Below are positions 1 through 8,320 of a DNA stretch of 64,000 nt, in pieces (position 1 is the stretch's first letter; every line of letters starts with the position of its first letter). The notes beneath the pieces were generated by a model. That model had not been told where the DNA came from and ran no database searches. It worked only from the letters and a program-made list of their open reading frames with translations. The DNA comes from Pseudomonadota bacterium. Lineage in GTDB: Bacteria; Pseudomonadota; Alphaproteobacteria; CACIAM-22H2. The translations under genes and the position numbers were made by a program. The stretch spans positions 7,676 through 71,675 of the forward strand of contig JBEGVV010000024.1 in NCBI GenBank assembly GCA_041178225.1, given 5' to 3'.

Positions 1-1929
1 ATGCGCATCTCGAAACTCGCCCTCCCCGGCCTTCGCGCCGCGCGCGGCATCGCCCTCGCGATCGCCGCGGCAACATCGGCGCTGGCCATCCAGCTCGCGG
101 CACCGGCCGCGCACGCACAGGCGCAGGCCCCGGCCGCCGCCGCGCCGGCGTCCGCCGGCGGCAGCTTCGAGGCGGTGCGCGCCCAGCTCCAGCTCGGCGG
201 GCCGTTCTTCGTCTATGTCGACTTCGAGGACCAGTTCGCGAAGCTCGGCCGCGACCTCACCCAGGCGGTGGCCGACGTCGTCGGCGGCGATCCGGACCTG
301 GCCGCGTACCGCCAGGACTTCGGCGCGATCCTCGACGAGCTCGGGATCTCCGGCGTCCGCGCCATCGGCATGAGCTCGACGCTGCGCCGCGACGGCAGCT
401 ACCACAACCGCAGCTTCCTCCACGCCCCCGGCCCCCGCCGCGGCCTCCTCGCCGCGATGGGCGGGCCCGCGCGGCCCTTCGCCACGACGCGGCTGGCGCC
501 CGCCGACACCGACTTCTTCCTGGAGGCGGAGATCGACATGCCCGCCCTCGTCCAGGCCATCGTCTCCGTCGCGCGCCGCTTCGACCCGAAGGCCGACATC
601 GACCTCGCCACCGGCGCGATCGCGGCCGGGACGGGGATCGACGCCAGCGACGCCATCGGGGCGATCACGGAGCTGCGCGGGCGCGTGACCTTCTTCCTGA
701 GGCTCGGCGAGACCTCGATGCCCGACGCCGCGCGGCTCGAGGAATGGGCGCTCGGCCTCGCGCAGAAGGGTGGCTTCCTGCTGCGCGTGGAGGGGATAGC
801 CCCGAAGCTGCTGCCCATGCTTGGAGGCATCCCGGAGCTCGTGCCGGCGACCATCGGCGGGCGCAGGGCCTTCCGCGGGGCCGAGACGGTCCCCATCCTC
901 GGCGAGAACCAGCCCGTGCTGGTCGTCGACGGCGACGCGCTCGTCCTCGCATCCAGCGCGGCCTTCGCGGAGCAGTCGCTCGGGCGCGCCACCGGCCTCG
1001 CCGAGGCGCCCGCCTTCCGGGACGCGCTCGCGGAGCTCGGCGTCGACCGGGGCAACAGCCTCGCCTACGCGACGCCGCGGCTGTATCGCGTGCTGCGCAC
1101 GCTGCTCGGCGCGGCGATGGAGCCCGGCTCCGGCCTTGGCGGAGACGAGTTCGCCGGCCCGGTCGCCCAGGCGATCCTGGGGCGCATGCCGGACCTTCCC
1201 TCGCCCATGGTCCAGGTCGCCGCGAACCTGCCCGACGGGATCCTGGTGCGCGCGCACGGGCCATCGTCGCTGAAGTCCGGGCTGCTCGCGCTTGGCCTCT
1301 ACAATCCCGAGCTCCTCGGCCCGCTCGCGCTGGCGCTCGTGCCCGCGGCGATCAAGACCGCCGCCGACAAGGCGTCCGAGGGCCGCGCCGCGGAGATCGC
1401 GCAGGCGAACCTCCAGGCGATCGGCGAGGCCGCGCTCGAGTGGTTCGCGGCGAACCCGACCGCGCGCGAGGTCCGCTACGCGGACATCGCCAAGGCGCTG
1501 GAAGGCAGGCTGCGCCGCGTGAAGGACGTCGACTTCACCGACTTCACGCTCGAGCGCGGCTTCTCGAAGGTCGAGCTCGAGCTTCCGAGCGGCGAGACGG
1601 TCGCGTGGTTCGCGCCGATCACCGAGGCGGACCGCGAGCGCATCCGCGAGAACCTGCGCGGCTTCGATCGCGCCGCGGCCTGGTACTTCCGCAAGTACCC
1701 GCGCGAGACCGTGATGCTCGGCATCGAGGCGGCGGAGGACGGCTCGCCGATGGCCGCGCTGCCCGACCCCGTGCGCGACGAGCGCTACGAGGACCTGCAG
1801 ATCCGTCGCACCGACACCGCGATCGAGATCGAGGTGGGCGCCGAGACGATCGCGATCCGCCGCGATCCGGCCATGCAGCGCCAGCAGCAGCAACAGCAGC
1901 AGCGCAGGCAGCCGCCACGCGGGGGGTGA
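1..1929 (+). CDS. Hypothetical secreted protein, Ala/Pro-rich after a signal peptide, with a C-terminal poly-Gln tail
   Basis: 642-aa ORF whose N-terminus MRISKLALPGLRAARGIALAIAAATSALA...AHAQAQA reads as a Sec signal peptide. GC3-rich coding. Ends in ...MQRQQQQQQQRRQPPRGG, encoded by a (CAG)n run at about 1875-1915. No recognisable catalytic motif. Confidence 0.5.
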   Translation: MRISKLALPGLRAARGIALAIAAATSALAIQLAAPAAHAQAQAPAAAAPASAGGSFEAVRAQLQLGGPFFVYVDFEDQFAKLGRDLTQAVADVVGGDPDLAAYRQDFGAILDELGISGVRAIGMSSTLRRDGSYHNRSFLHAPGPRRGLLAAMGGPARPFATTRLAPADTDFFLEAEIDMPALVQAIVSVARRFDPKADIDLATGAIAAGTGIDASDAIGAITELRGRVTFFLRLGETSMPDAARLEEWALGLAQKGGFLLRVEGIAPKLLPMLGGIPELVPATIGGRRAFRGAETVPILGENQPVLVVDGDALVLASSAAFAEQSLGRATGLAEAPAFRDALAELGVDRGNSLAYATPRLYRVLRTLLGAAMEPGSGLGGDEFAGPVAQAILGRMPDLPSPMVQVAANLPDGILVRAHGPSSLKSGLLALGLYNPELLGPLALALVPAAIKTAADKASEGRAAEIAQANLQAIGEAALEWFAANPTAREVRYADIAKALEGRLRRVKDVDFTDFTLERGFSKVELELPSGETVAWFAPITEADRERIRENLRGFDRAAAWYFRKYPRETVMLGIEAAEDGSPMAALPDPVRDERYEDLQIRRTDTAIEIEVGAETIAIRRDPAMQRQQQQQQQRRQPPRGG

Positions 1930-1960
1930 GCCCTCGCGCGGCTGTGGAAAACACCGTCCC

Positions 1961-1992
1961 CGGCGCCGGCCGAGCCTTGCCCGGCCGGCGCC
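1961..1992 (+). terminator. GC-rich hairpin downstream of the first gene (putative intrinsic terminator, no clear T-tract)
   Basis: Perfect 10-bp inverted repeat GGCGCCGGCC(N11)GGCCGGCGCC about 30 nt after the stop at 1929 and before the next operon start at 2041. Confidence 0.35.
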
Positions 1993-2040
1993 ACCGGGAC
2001 TAACTGGCCGCCTCCCCGTACAGAGACCGGAGCGATTCGC

Positions 2041-3030
2041 ATGACCATCCTGAACCGTCGCGCCCTCGTCGCGGGCGCAGCCGCCCTCGGCGTCGCCGCC
2101 CCCGCCCTCGCGCAGGCCCGCAAGATCAAGGTCGCGGCGATCTACACCGTGCCCGTCGAGCAGCAATGGGTGAGCCGGATCCACAAGGCCATCAACGCCG
2201 CGGTCGCGCGCGGCGAGGCGGAGTACGCGTGGTCGGAGAACGTCTCGAACTCGGACTACGAGCGCGTGATGCGCGAATACGCCCAGAAGGGCGCCGACCT
2301 CGTCGTCGGCGAGGCGTTCGGCGTGGAGCGCGCGGCGCGCAAGGTCGCGGCCGACTTCCCGAAGACCTCGTTCCTGATCGGCTCGTCCTTCGGGCCGTCC
2401 GGCCGGAACTTCGCCGTGTTCGACAACTGGATCCAGGAGCCGGCCTACCTCACCGGCCTGGTCGCCGGCGGCATGACGAAGTCGGGGATCATCGGCCTCG
2501 TCGGCGGCTACCCCATCCCCGAGGTCAACCGGCTGATGCACGCCTTCATGGATGGCGCGCGCGAGACCAACAAGAACGTGCGCTTCATGGTGACCTTCAT
2601 CGGCAGCTGGTTCGACCCGCCGAAGGCCAAGGAGGCGGCCTTCGCGATGATCGACCGTGGCGCCGACATCCTCTACGCCGAGCGCTTCGGCGTGTCCGAC
2701 GCGGCGAAGGAGCGCGGCAAGCTCGCCATCGGCAACGTCATCGACACCCAGGCGCAGTACCCGCAGACCGTGGTCGCCTCGGCGCTCTGGCACATGGAGG
2801 CCACGATCGACCGCGCGATCGCGAAGGTGCGCGACGGCAGCTTCACCGCCGAGGACTACGGCCAGTTCTCGACGATGAAGTTCGGCGGCGCCAGCCTCGC
2901 GCCGCTCGGCACCTTCGAGGACAAGGTGCCTGCGGAGATCAAGGCCCTCGTGAAGTCGCGCGAGGCCGAGATCCGCGAGGGCATGTACCGCGTCAACGTC
3001 AACGACAGCGAGCCGCGCTCCTCCATGTGA
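2041..3030 (+). CDS. BMP-family (basic membrane protein, PnrA-like) ABC transporter substrate-binding protein for nucleosides/purines
   Basis: 329 aa with a Tat/Sec-like N-terminus MTILNRRALVAGAAALGVAAPALAQ. Typical BMP motifs (IGLVGGYPIPEVNRLMHAF, FIGSWFDPPKAKEAA). First gene of the ABC operon. Confidence 0.85.
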   Translation: MTILNRRALVAGAAALGVAAPALAQARKIKVAAIYTVPVEQQWVSRIHKAINAAVARGEAEYAWSENVSNSDYERVMREYAQKGADLVVGEAFGVERAARKVAADFPKTSFLIGSSFGPSGRNFAVFDNWIQEPAYLTGLVAGGMTKSGIIGLVGGYPIPEVNRLMHAFMDGARETNKNVRFMVTFIGSWFDPPKAKEAAFAMIDRGADILYAERFGVSDAAKERGKLAIGNVIDTQAQYPQTVVASALWHMEATIDRAIAKVRDGSFTAEDYGQFSTMKFGGASLAPLGTFEDKVPAEIKALVKSREAEIREGMYRVNVNDSEPRSSM

Positions 3031-3044
3031 GCGCGAGGCGGCGG

Positions 3045-3073
3045 CATCCCCGGCCCGGGTCGGGCCGGGGATG
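3045..3073 (+). promoter_or_regulatory. 13-bp perfect palindrome (stem-loop) in the SBP-ATPase intergenic region
   Basis: CATCCCCGGCCCG-ggt-CGGGCCGGGGATG lies between the SBP stop (3030) and the SD-supported ATPase start (3092). A strong GC hairpin inside an operon is typical of mRNA-stability or polarity elements downstream of SBP genes. Confidence 0.4.
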
Positions 3074-3091
3074 CGTGCCGCGGAGGACGGG

Positions 3092-4660
3092 ATGGACGAC
3101 GCGCCGAGCCACGACAGCGCCGAGGCGGGCACGCAAGCGCCGCCCGCGCTGCGCGTCGTCGGCGTCACCCGGCGCTTCGGGCCGCTCGTCGCCAACGACG
3201 CGATCACCTTCGAGGTCGCGCGCGGCGAGATCCTCGCACTGCTGGGCGAGAACGGCGCCGGCAAGACCACGCTGATGAACATCGTCTTCGGCCACTACGT
3301 GGCCGACGAAGGCCATGTCGAGGTCGCCGGCCGCAGGCTCGCGGGCGGCGACCCGCGCGCCGCGCTCGAGGCCGGCGTCGGCATGGTCCACCAGCACTTC
3401 ACGCTGGCCGACAACCTGAGCGTCCTCGACAACGTCATGCTCGGCACCGAGCGGCTCTGGCGCCTGCGCTCGGACCGCCGCGGTGCGCGCGCGCGCCTCG
3501 CAGAGATCGCGCGCGACGCGGGCCTCGAGGTCGACCCCGACGCGCTGGTGGGCCAGCTTGGCGTCGGCGAGCGCCAGCGCGTCGAGATCGTCAAGGCGCT
3601 CTACCGACGGCCGCGCGTGCTGATCCTCGACGAGCCCACGGCCGTCCTGACGCCGCAGGAGGCCGAGGGGCTCTTCGCCACGCTGCGCCGCCTGGTCGCC
3701 GACGGGCTCTCGATCGTCTTCATCAGCCACAAGCTCGGCGAGGTGCTCGCGGCGGCCGATCGCGTCGTCGTGCTCCGCCAGGGCAAGGTCGCGCTGTCCT
3801 GCGCCGCCGCGGGCGCGTCGCGCGAGGACCTCGCCACCGCGATGGTCGGCCACGCGGTCGCGCAGCCGCGGCTGGCGCCGGGGCGGCCCGGGCCGGTCGC
3901 GCTCTGCCTGCACCGCATCGACGCGCGCAGCGCCGACGGGCGCGTCGCGCTGCACCAGGTCGACCTCGAGTTGCGGCACCGCGAGATCCTCGGCATCGCC
4001 GGCGTGTCGGGCAACGGCCAGTCGCTCCTCGCCGACATCGCCTGCGGGATGGCGAAGCCGCGCTCGGGGCTCGTCTCGCTCGACGGCGAGGTGCGCGCGC
4101 CGGGCTCGCCGCGCCGCTTCCTCGAGGCCGGCCTCGGCCGCATCCCCGAGGACCGCCACGCCGCCGGCGTCGTCGGCGACATGACCGTGGCCGAGAACGC
4201 CGTCGTCGAGCGGCTCGGCGACCCGCGCTTCTCGCGGCTCGGCTTCCTGCGCAAGGCCGCGATCCGCATGCATGCCGAGCTGCTGGTCGCGGATTTCGAC
4301 ATACGCGGCGCGGGCCCGGCGACGCGCACGCGCCTGCTCTCGGGCGGCAACATCCAGAAGCTGATCCTCGGCCGCGTCCTGTCCGAGCACCCGACGATCA
4401 TCGTCGCGAACCAGCCGACGCGCGGGCTCGACGTCGGCGCGGTCGCCTACGTGCAGGAGCGGCTGGCGGCGGCGCGCGCGCTCGGCGCGGCCGTGCTGCT
4501 CGTCTCCGAGGACCTCGACGAACTGCTCGCGCTCTGCGACCGCATCGCCGTGATGTATCGCGGCCGCCTCTCGGCGCCGCTTCCCGCCGCCTCGCTCGAC
4601 GCGCGCACGCTTGGCCTGATGATGGCGGGCGGCACGCCGGAGGGGACCCATGCGGCTTGA
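3092..4660 (+). CDS. ABC transporter ATP-binding protein with two fused ATPase domains (BMP/sugar-type)
   Basis: Walker A motifs GENGAGKTT and GVSGNGQS, plus LSGG signatures, in one polypeptide. The ORF track starts at 3071, but the ATG at 3092 (MDDAPS...) is preceded by GGAGGA with 4-nt spacing, and the 3071 ATG lies inside the palindrome. Confidence 0.85.
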   Translation: MDDAPSHDSAEAGTQAPPALRVVGVTRRFGPLVANDAITFEVARGEILALLGENGAGKTTLMNIVFGHYVADEGHVEVAGRRLAGGDPRAALEAGVGMVHQHFTLADNLSVLDNVMLGTERLWRLRSDRRGARARLAEIARDAGLEVDPDALVGQLGVGERQRVEIVKALYRRPRVLILDEPTAVLTPQEAEGLFATLRRLVADGLSIVFISHKLGEVLAAADRVVVLRQGKVALSCAAAGASREDLATAMVGHAVAQPRLAPGRPGPVALCLHRIDARSADGRVALHQVDLELRHREILGIAGVSGNGQSLLADIACGMAKPRSGLVSLDGEVRAPGSPRRFLEAGLGRIPEDRHAAGVVGDMTVAENAVVERLGDPRFSRLGFLRKAAIRMHAELLVADFDIRGAGPATRTRLLSGGNIQKLILGRVLSEHPTIIVANQPTRGLDVGAVAYVQERLAAARALGAAVLLVSEDLDELLALCDRIAVMYRGRLSAPLPAASLDARTLGLMMAGGTPEGTHAA

Positions 4661-5699
4661 GCCGCGCGAGCGCGTCCCCGCATGGCTGTCGCTGCTCGCG
4701 CCGGCCTGCGCCCTCGCCGCGACCTTCGGCGCCGCCGCGGCGCTGATCGCGGCCGCGGGCGCGCCCGTCCGCCAGGGCTTCGAGGTGATGCTCGCGGGCG
4801 CGCTCGGCTCGGGCTTCGCCATCAACGAGATGCTGACCCGCGCGACGCCGCTGATCCTGACCGGGCTCGCGGTGTCCGTCGCGTTCCGCGCACGGCTCTG
4901 GAACATCGGCGCCGAGGGCCAGCTCTACATGGGCGCGCTCGCGGCGACCGCGCTCGGCACGGGCCTCGTCGACCTGCCCGCCTTCCTCCTGCTGCCGCTG
5001 CTCGTCGCCGCCGGCGCGCTCGCGGGCGCCGCGATGCTCGCCTGGCCCGCGCTGCTCAAGACCCGCCTCGGCGTCGACGAGGTCGTCGTCACGCTGCTGT
5101 CGAACTTCCTGGTCGCGCTTCTCGTGGCGATGCTGCTGGAGGGCCCGCTCAAGGACCCGATGGGCCTCGGCTGGCCGCAATCGGAGCCGGTCGTCGCCGC
5201 GGGCGAGCTGCCCAAGCTTGTCCCCGGCATGCGGCTGCACGCTGGATTCGTCCTCGCGCTGGTGCTCGCGCTGGCGACGTGGATCGTCATGTCGGGCACG
5301 ACGCTCGGCCTGCGCATCCGCGCGGTCGGGCTCAACGCCGTCGCGGCGCGCTTCGCCGGCATCGGCGTCGGGCGCACGATCCTGTGGACCGCGCTGCTCT
5401 CCGGCGGCCTCGCCGGCATCGCCGGCGTGAGCGAGGTCGCGGGCCTCAAGGGCAACCTCACGACCGACCTGTCGCCCGGCTTCGGCTATGCCGGCATCGT
5501 GGTCGCGACGCTCGCGCGGCTGCATCCCGGCGGCGTCGTGCTGTCGGCCATCTTCGTCGCCGGGATCTTCGTCGGCGCCGACGCGATGAGCCGCGGCGTC
5601 GGCGTGCCCAGCTACATCGCCGACGTCATCGTCGCCGCGGCGCTGCTGAGCATGCTCGTCGCGCTCCTCTTCCTGCGCTACCGCGTGAGCCGCCGATGA
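4650..5699 (+). CDS. ABC transporter permease (BMP/branched-chain-type, first of two)
   Basis: 349 aa, multi-TM and hydrophobic. Overlaps the ATPase stop by 11 nt and overlaps the next permease start by ATGA. Confidence 0.8.
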   Translation: MRLEPRERVPAWLSLLAPACALAATFGAAAALIAAAGAPVRQGFEVMLAGALGSGFAINEMLTRATPLILTGLAVSVAFRARLWNIGAEGQLYMGALAATALGTGLVDLPAFLLLPLLVAAGALAGAAMLAWPALLKTRLGVDEVVVTLLSNFLVALLVAMLLEGPLKDPMGLGWPQSEPVVAAGELPKLVPGMRLHAGFVLALVLALATWIVMSGTTLGLRIRAVGLNAVAARFAGIGVGRTILWTALLSGGLAGIAGVSEVAGLKGNLTTDLSPGFGYAGIVVATLARLHPGGVVLSAIFVAGIFVGADAMSRGVGVPSYIADVIVAAALLSMLVALLFLRYRVSRR

Positions 5700-6658
5700 T
5701 CCCGGCCATCCCCTGGGAAGCCATCGAGCTCCTCGCGCAGGCCAGCCTATGGGTGGCGGCGGTGCGCATCGCGACGCCGCTCGTGTTCGGCACGCTGGGC
5801 GAGCTCATCTGCGAGCGTGCCGGCGTGCTCAACCTCGGCATCGAGGGGATCATGGTCGTCGGCGCGCTGGTCGGCTGGTTCGCCGTCCACCAGGGCGCGG
5901 ACCTCTGGACCGGCGTGCTGCTCGCCGCGCTCGCGGGCGCGGCCTTCGGCCTGCTGCAGGCGCTGCTCACCGTGCCCCTGGCGCTCAGCCAGCACGTCGC
6001 GGGGATCGGCGTCACGCTGCTCGCGACCAGCCTCTCCTACTACGCCTACCGCCTCGCCTTCCCGAAGGTGACGACGCCGCCGCGCATCGAGACCTTCAAG
6101 CCGGTCGCGGTGCCCTGGCTGAGCGAGATCCCGGTGGTCGGGCCGGCGGTCTTCGTCCAGACGCCGCTCACCTACCTCGCGCTCGGCGCGGTCGTGGTCG
6201 TGGCGTGGTTCCTGCACCGCACGCCCGCGGGCCTCGCGCTGCGCATGGTCGGCGAGAACCCGGAGGCCGCGGAGGCCCAGGGCATCGACGTGATCCGCAC
6301 GCGCATCGCCGCGGTCTGCGCCGGCTCGGCGCTGATGGCGGTCGGCGGCGCGTTCCTGACGATGTCGGCCTTCGACGCCTTCTACTTCGGCATGGTGAAC
6401 GGCCGCGGCTGGATCTGCATCGCGCTGGTGGTGTTCGCGAGCTGGAACCCGCTCAAGGCGCTGTTCGGCGCGCTGCTCTTCGCCGCGCTCGACGCCTGGC
6501 AGCTGCGCCTCCAGCAGGTCGTCGGCGGCGACGTGCCCTACCAGGTCTTCCTGATGATGCCCTACGCGCTGAGCATCCTCGCCCTGGTCGTCATGTCGCG
6601 GCGCGCCGCCAGCCCGCGTGCGCTGATGGCCCCATACGTGAAGGGGGAGAGGCGATGA
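5696..6658 (+). CDS. ABC transporter permease (second of two)
   Basis: Starts MIPAIPWEAIELLAQASLWVAAV at an ATG overlapping the upstream stop (ATGA). 320 aa and hydrophobic. It is in the frame of track ORF 4682..6658, whose upstream part is an artefact. Confidence 0.8.
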   Translation: MIPAIPWEAIELLAQASLWVAAVRIATPLVFGTLGELICERAGVLNLGIEGIMVVGALVGWFAVHQGADLWTGVLLAALAGAAFGLLQALLTVPLALSQHVAGIGVTLLATSLSYYAYRLAFPKVTTPPRIETFKPVAVPWLSEIPVVGPAVFVQTPLTYLALGAVVVVAWFLHRTPAGLALRMVGENPEAAEAQGIDVIRTRIAAVCAGSALMAVGGAFLTMSAFDAFYFGMVNGRGWICIALVVFASWNPLKALFGALLFAALDAWQLRLQQVVGGDVPYQVFLMMPYALSILALVVMSRRAASPRALMAPYVKGERR

Positions 6659-7935
6659 TGGACCTCGTGGTCCGCGGCGCGGCGCTGCCCGATGGCCGCA
6701 AGGGCATGGACATCGGCGTGCGCGACGGGCGCATCGTCGCCGTGGAGCCGCGCCTCGCGGCCACGGGACGCGAGGAGATCGACGCGGGCGGCATGCTCGT
6801 CTCGCCGCCCTTCGTCGACGCCCATTTCCACATGGACGCGACGCTGTCGCTCGGCCTGCCGCGGCTCAACCGCTCGGGCACGCTGCTCGAGGGCATCGCG
6901 CTCTGGGGCGAGCTCAAGCCGACGCTGACGCAGGAAGCCGTCGTCGCCCGCGCCATGGCCTATTGCGACTGGGCCGCCGCGCAGGGACTGCTGGCGATAC
7001 GCAGCCATGTCGACGTCTGCGACGAGCGGCTGCTCGCGGTCGACGCGCTGCTCGAGGTCAGGCGCCGCGTCAGGCCGTACATCGACCTGCAGCTCGTCGC
7101 CTTCCCGCAGGACGGCGTGTTCCGCTACCCGCGCGCGATGGAGCTGCTGCGCGCGGCGCTCGACCGCGGCGTCGACGTCGTCGGCGGCATCCCGCATTTC
7201 GAGCGCACCATGGCCGAGGGCGCGCGTTCCGTCCGCGCGCTATGCGAGCTCGCGGCCGAGCGGGGCCTGCGCGTCGACATGCATTGCGACGAGACCGACG
7301 ACCCGATGTCGCGCCACGTCGAGACGCTGGCCTTCGAGGCGCAGCGCCTCGGCCTGCAGGGACGCGTCGTCGGCTCGCACCTCACCTCGATGCACAGCAT
7401 GGACAACTACTACGTCTCCAAGCTGGTGCCGCTGATGGCCGAGGCGGGCCTCGGCGTGGTCGCCAACCCGCTCATCAACATCTCGATCCAGGGCCGGCAC
7501 GACAGCTACCCGAAGCGGCGCGGCATGACCCGGGTGCCCGAGCTGATGGCGGCCGGGCTGACGGTCGCCTTCGGCCACGACTGCGTGATGGACCCCTGGT
7601 ACAGCCTCGGCACCGGGGACATGCTCGAGGTCGCCCAGATGGGCGTGCATGTCGCGCAGATGACCGGGCTCGACGCGATGGGTGCCTGCTTCGACGCCGT
7701 CACCTGCAACGCGGCGCGCCTGCTCGGCCTCGAGGGCTACGGGATCGAGCCGGGGTGCAACGCCGACCTCGTCCTGCTCGAGGCGCGCGACAAGGTGGAG
7801 GCGATCCGGACCCGCGCCGCGAGGCTCGCCGTCCTGCGCCGTGGCCGGGTCATCTCGCGCGCGCCGGCCCGGCGCGCGACGCTCGCCCTCGAGGGGCGGC
7901 CCGGGACGGTCGATTTCCTGCACCCGCGAGGCTGA
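6655..7935 (+). CDS. codA: Cytosine deaminase (amidohydrolase superfamily; CodA-type enzymes can also act as creatinine deaminases)
   Basis: Strong resemblance to E. coli CodA along the whole length (PPFVDAHFHMD, GTLLEGIALWGELK, HVDVCDERLLAVDALLEV, DLQLVAFPQDG, GGIPHFE, HCDETDDPMSRHVET, HSMDNYY, ANPLINISIQGRHDSYPKRRGMTRV, FGHDCVMDPWY). The ATG overlaps the permease stop. Confidence 0.85.
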   Translation: MMDLVVRGAALPDGRKGMDIGVRDGRIVAVEPRLAATGREEIDAGGMLVSPPFVDAHFHMDATLSLGLPRLNRSGTLLEGIALWGELKPTLTQEAVVARAMAYCDWAAAQGLLAIRSHVDVCDERLLAVDALLEVRRRVRPYIDLQLVAFPQDGVFRYPRAMELLRAALDRGVDVVGGIPHFERTMAEGARSVRALCELAAERGLRVDMHCDETDDPMSRHVETLAFEAQRLGLQGRVVGSHLTSMHSMDNYYVSKLVPLMAEAGLGVVANPLINISIQGRHDSYPKRRGMTRVPELMAAGLTVAFGHDCVMDPWYSLGTGDMLEVAQMGVHVAQMTGLDAMGACFDAVTCNAARLLGLEGYGIEPGCNADLVLLEARDKVEAIRTRAARLAVLRRGRVISRAPARRATLALEGRPGTVDFLHPRG

Positions 7936-7936
7936 G

Positions 7937-7955
7937 GGCTGCGCGATCCAGCGCA
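7937..7955 (+). terminator. Short hairpin immediately after the codA stop
   Basis: CTGCGC-gatcca-GCGCAG, a 6-bp stem with a 6-nt loop, starting 2 nt after the codA TGA. Weak and has no T-tract. Confidence 0.2.
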
Positions 7956-8032
7956 GGCGGGCCCGATGCCTGAGTCTTCCGGCGCGCCCGCTACCACCAG
8001 CGTGATGTCGGCAAGGCGCTGGCCGCGGCCCC

Positions 8033-8245
8033 ATGCTCGGTGGAATGACGACGCGATTCGCGATCCTGAAGGCGCGCGAGCTGGTCGACACCTACGGATT
8101 GCAGGCCGTCGACCTCGCCACGCTCGAGGGCGCGCATGCGATCACCCGCGGGGACCTGCTCCTGGCGAGGCGCTGGGCCGACACGCTGACGGCGGTGGAG
8201 AACCTGCTGGCGGCGCGCGCCCGCGCGGCCGGAAGGCTGAACTGA
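8033..8245 (+). CDS. Small hypothetical protein (70 aa), possibly a gene remnant
   Basis: GC3-rich ORF MLGGMTTRFAILKARELVDTYGLQAVDLATLEGAHAITRGDLLLARRW... with no convincing SD and no recognised domain. It ends at the AT-rich island. Confidence 0.2.
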   Translation: MLGGMTTRFAILKARELVDTYGLQAVDLATLEGAHAITRGDLLLARRWADTLTAVENLLAARARAAGRLN

Positions 8246-8320
8246 GCCCTTCCTCGTCCTTTTCCTGAACTTCAGGATATAGATCCAATCCATTGAAATG
8301 GATTGATTATCCTTCATTCC
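8246..8320. repeat. 75-bp AT-rich island (about 35% GC in a 70% GC context) carrying two different perfect palindromes, between convergent stop codons
   Basis: It contains TCCTGAAcTTCAGGA (8263-8277) and CAATCCATTgaAATGGATTG (8286-8305), plus a further half-site-like TTCCTCAGGATTCGG ending at the RACo stop (8321). Confidence 0.4.

Noticed and set aside
2999-4906. 635-aa minus-strand ORF antisense to the ABC ATPase gene. Similar long antisense or alternative-frame ORFs include 12102..14912 (-), 20163..24275 (+), 29097..31451 (-), 31478..34174 (-), 41796..44165 (-), 44576..47221 (-) and the upper half of 50913..55028 (-).
   Set aside because: These are Arg/Ala/Pro-rich low-complexity translations with no domain signatures. 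They are typical stop-codon-poor artefacts of about 70% GC DNA, and each overlaps a well-supported gene with clear family motifs on the other strand or frame.
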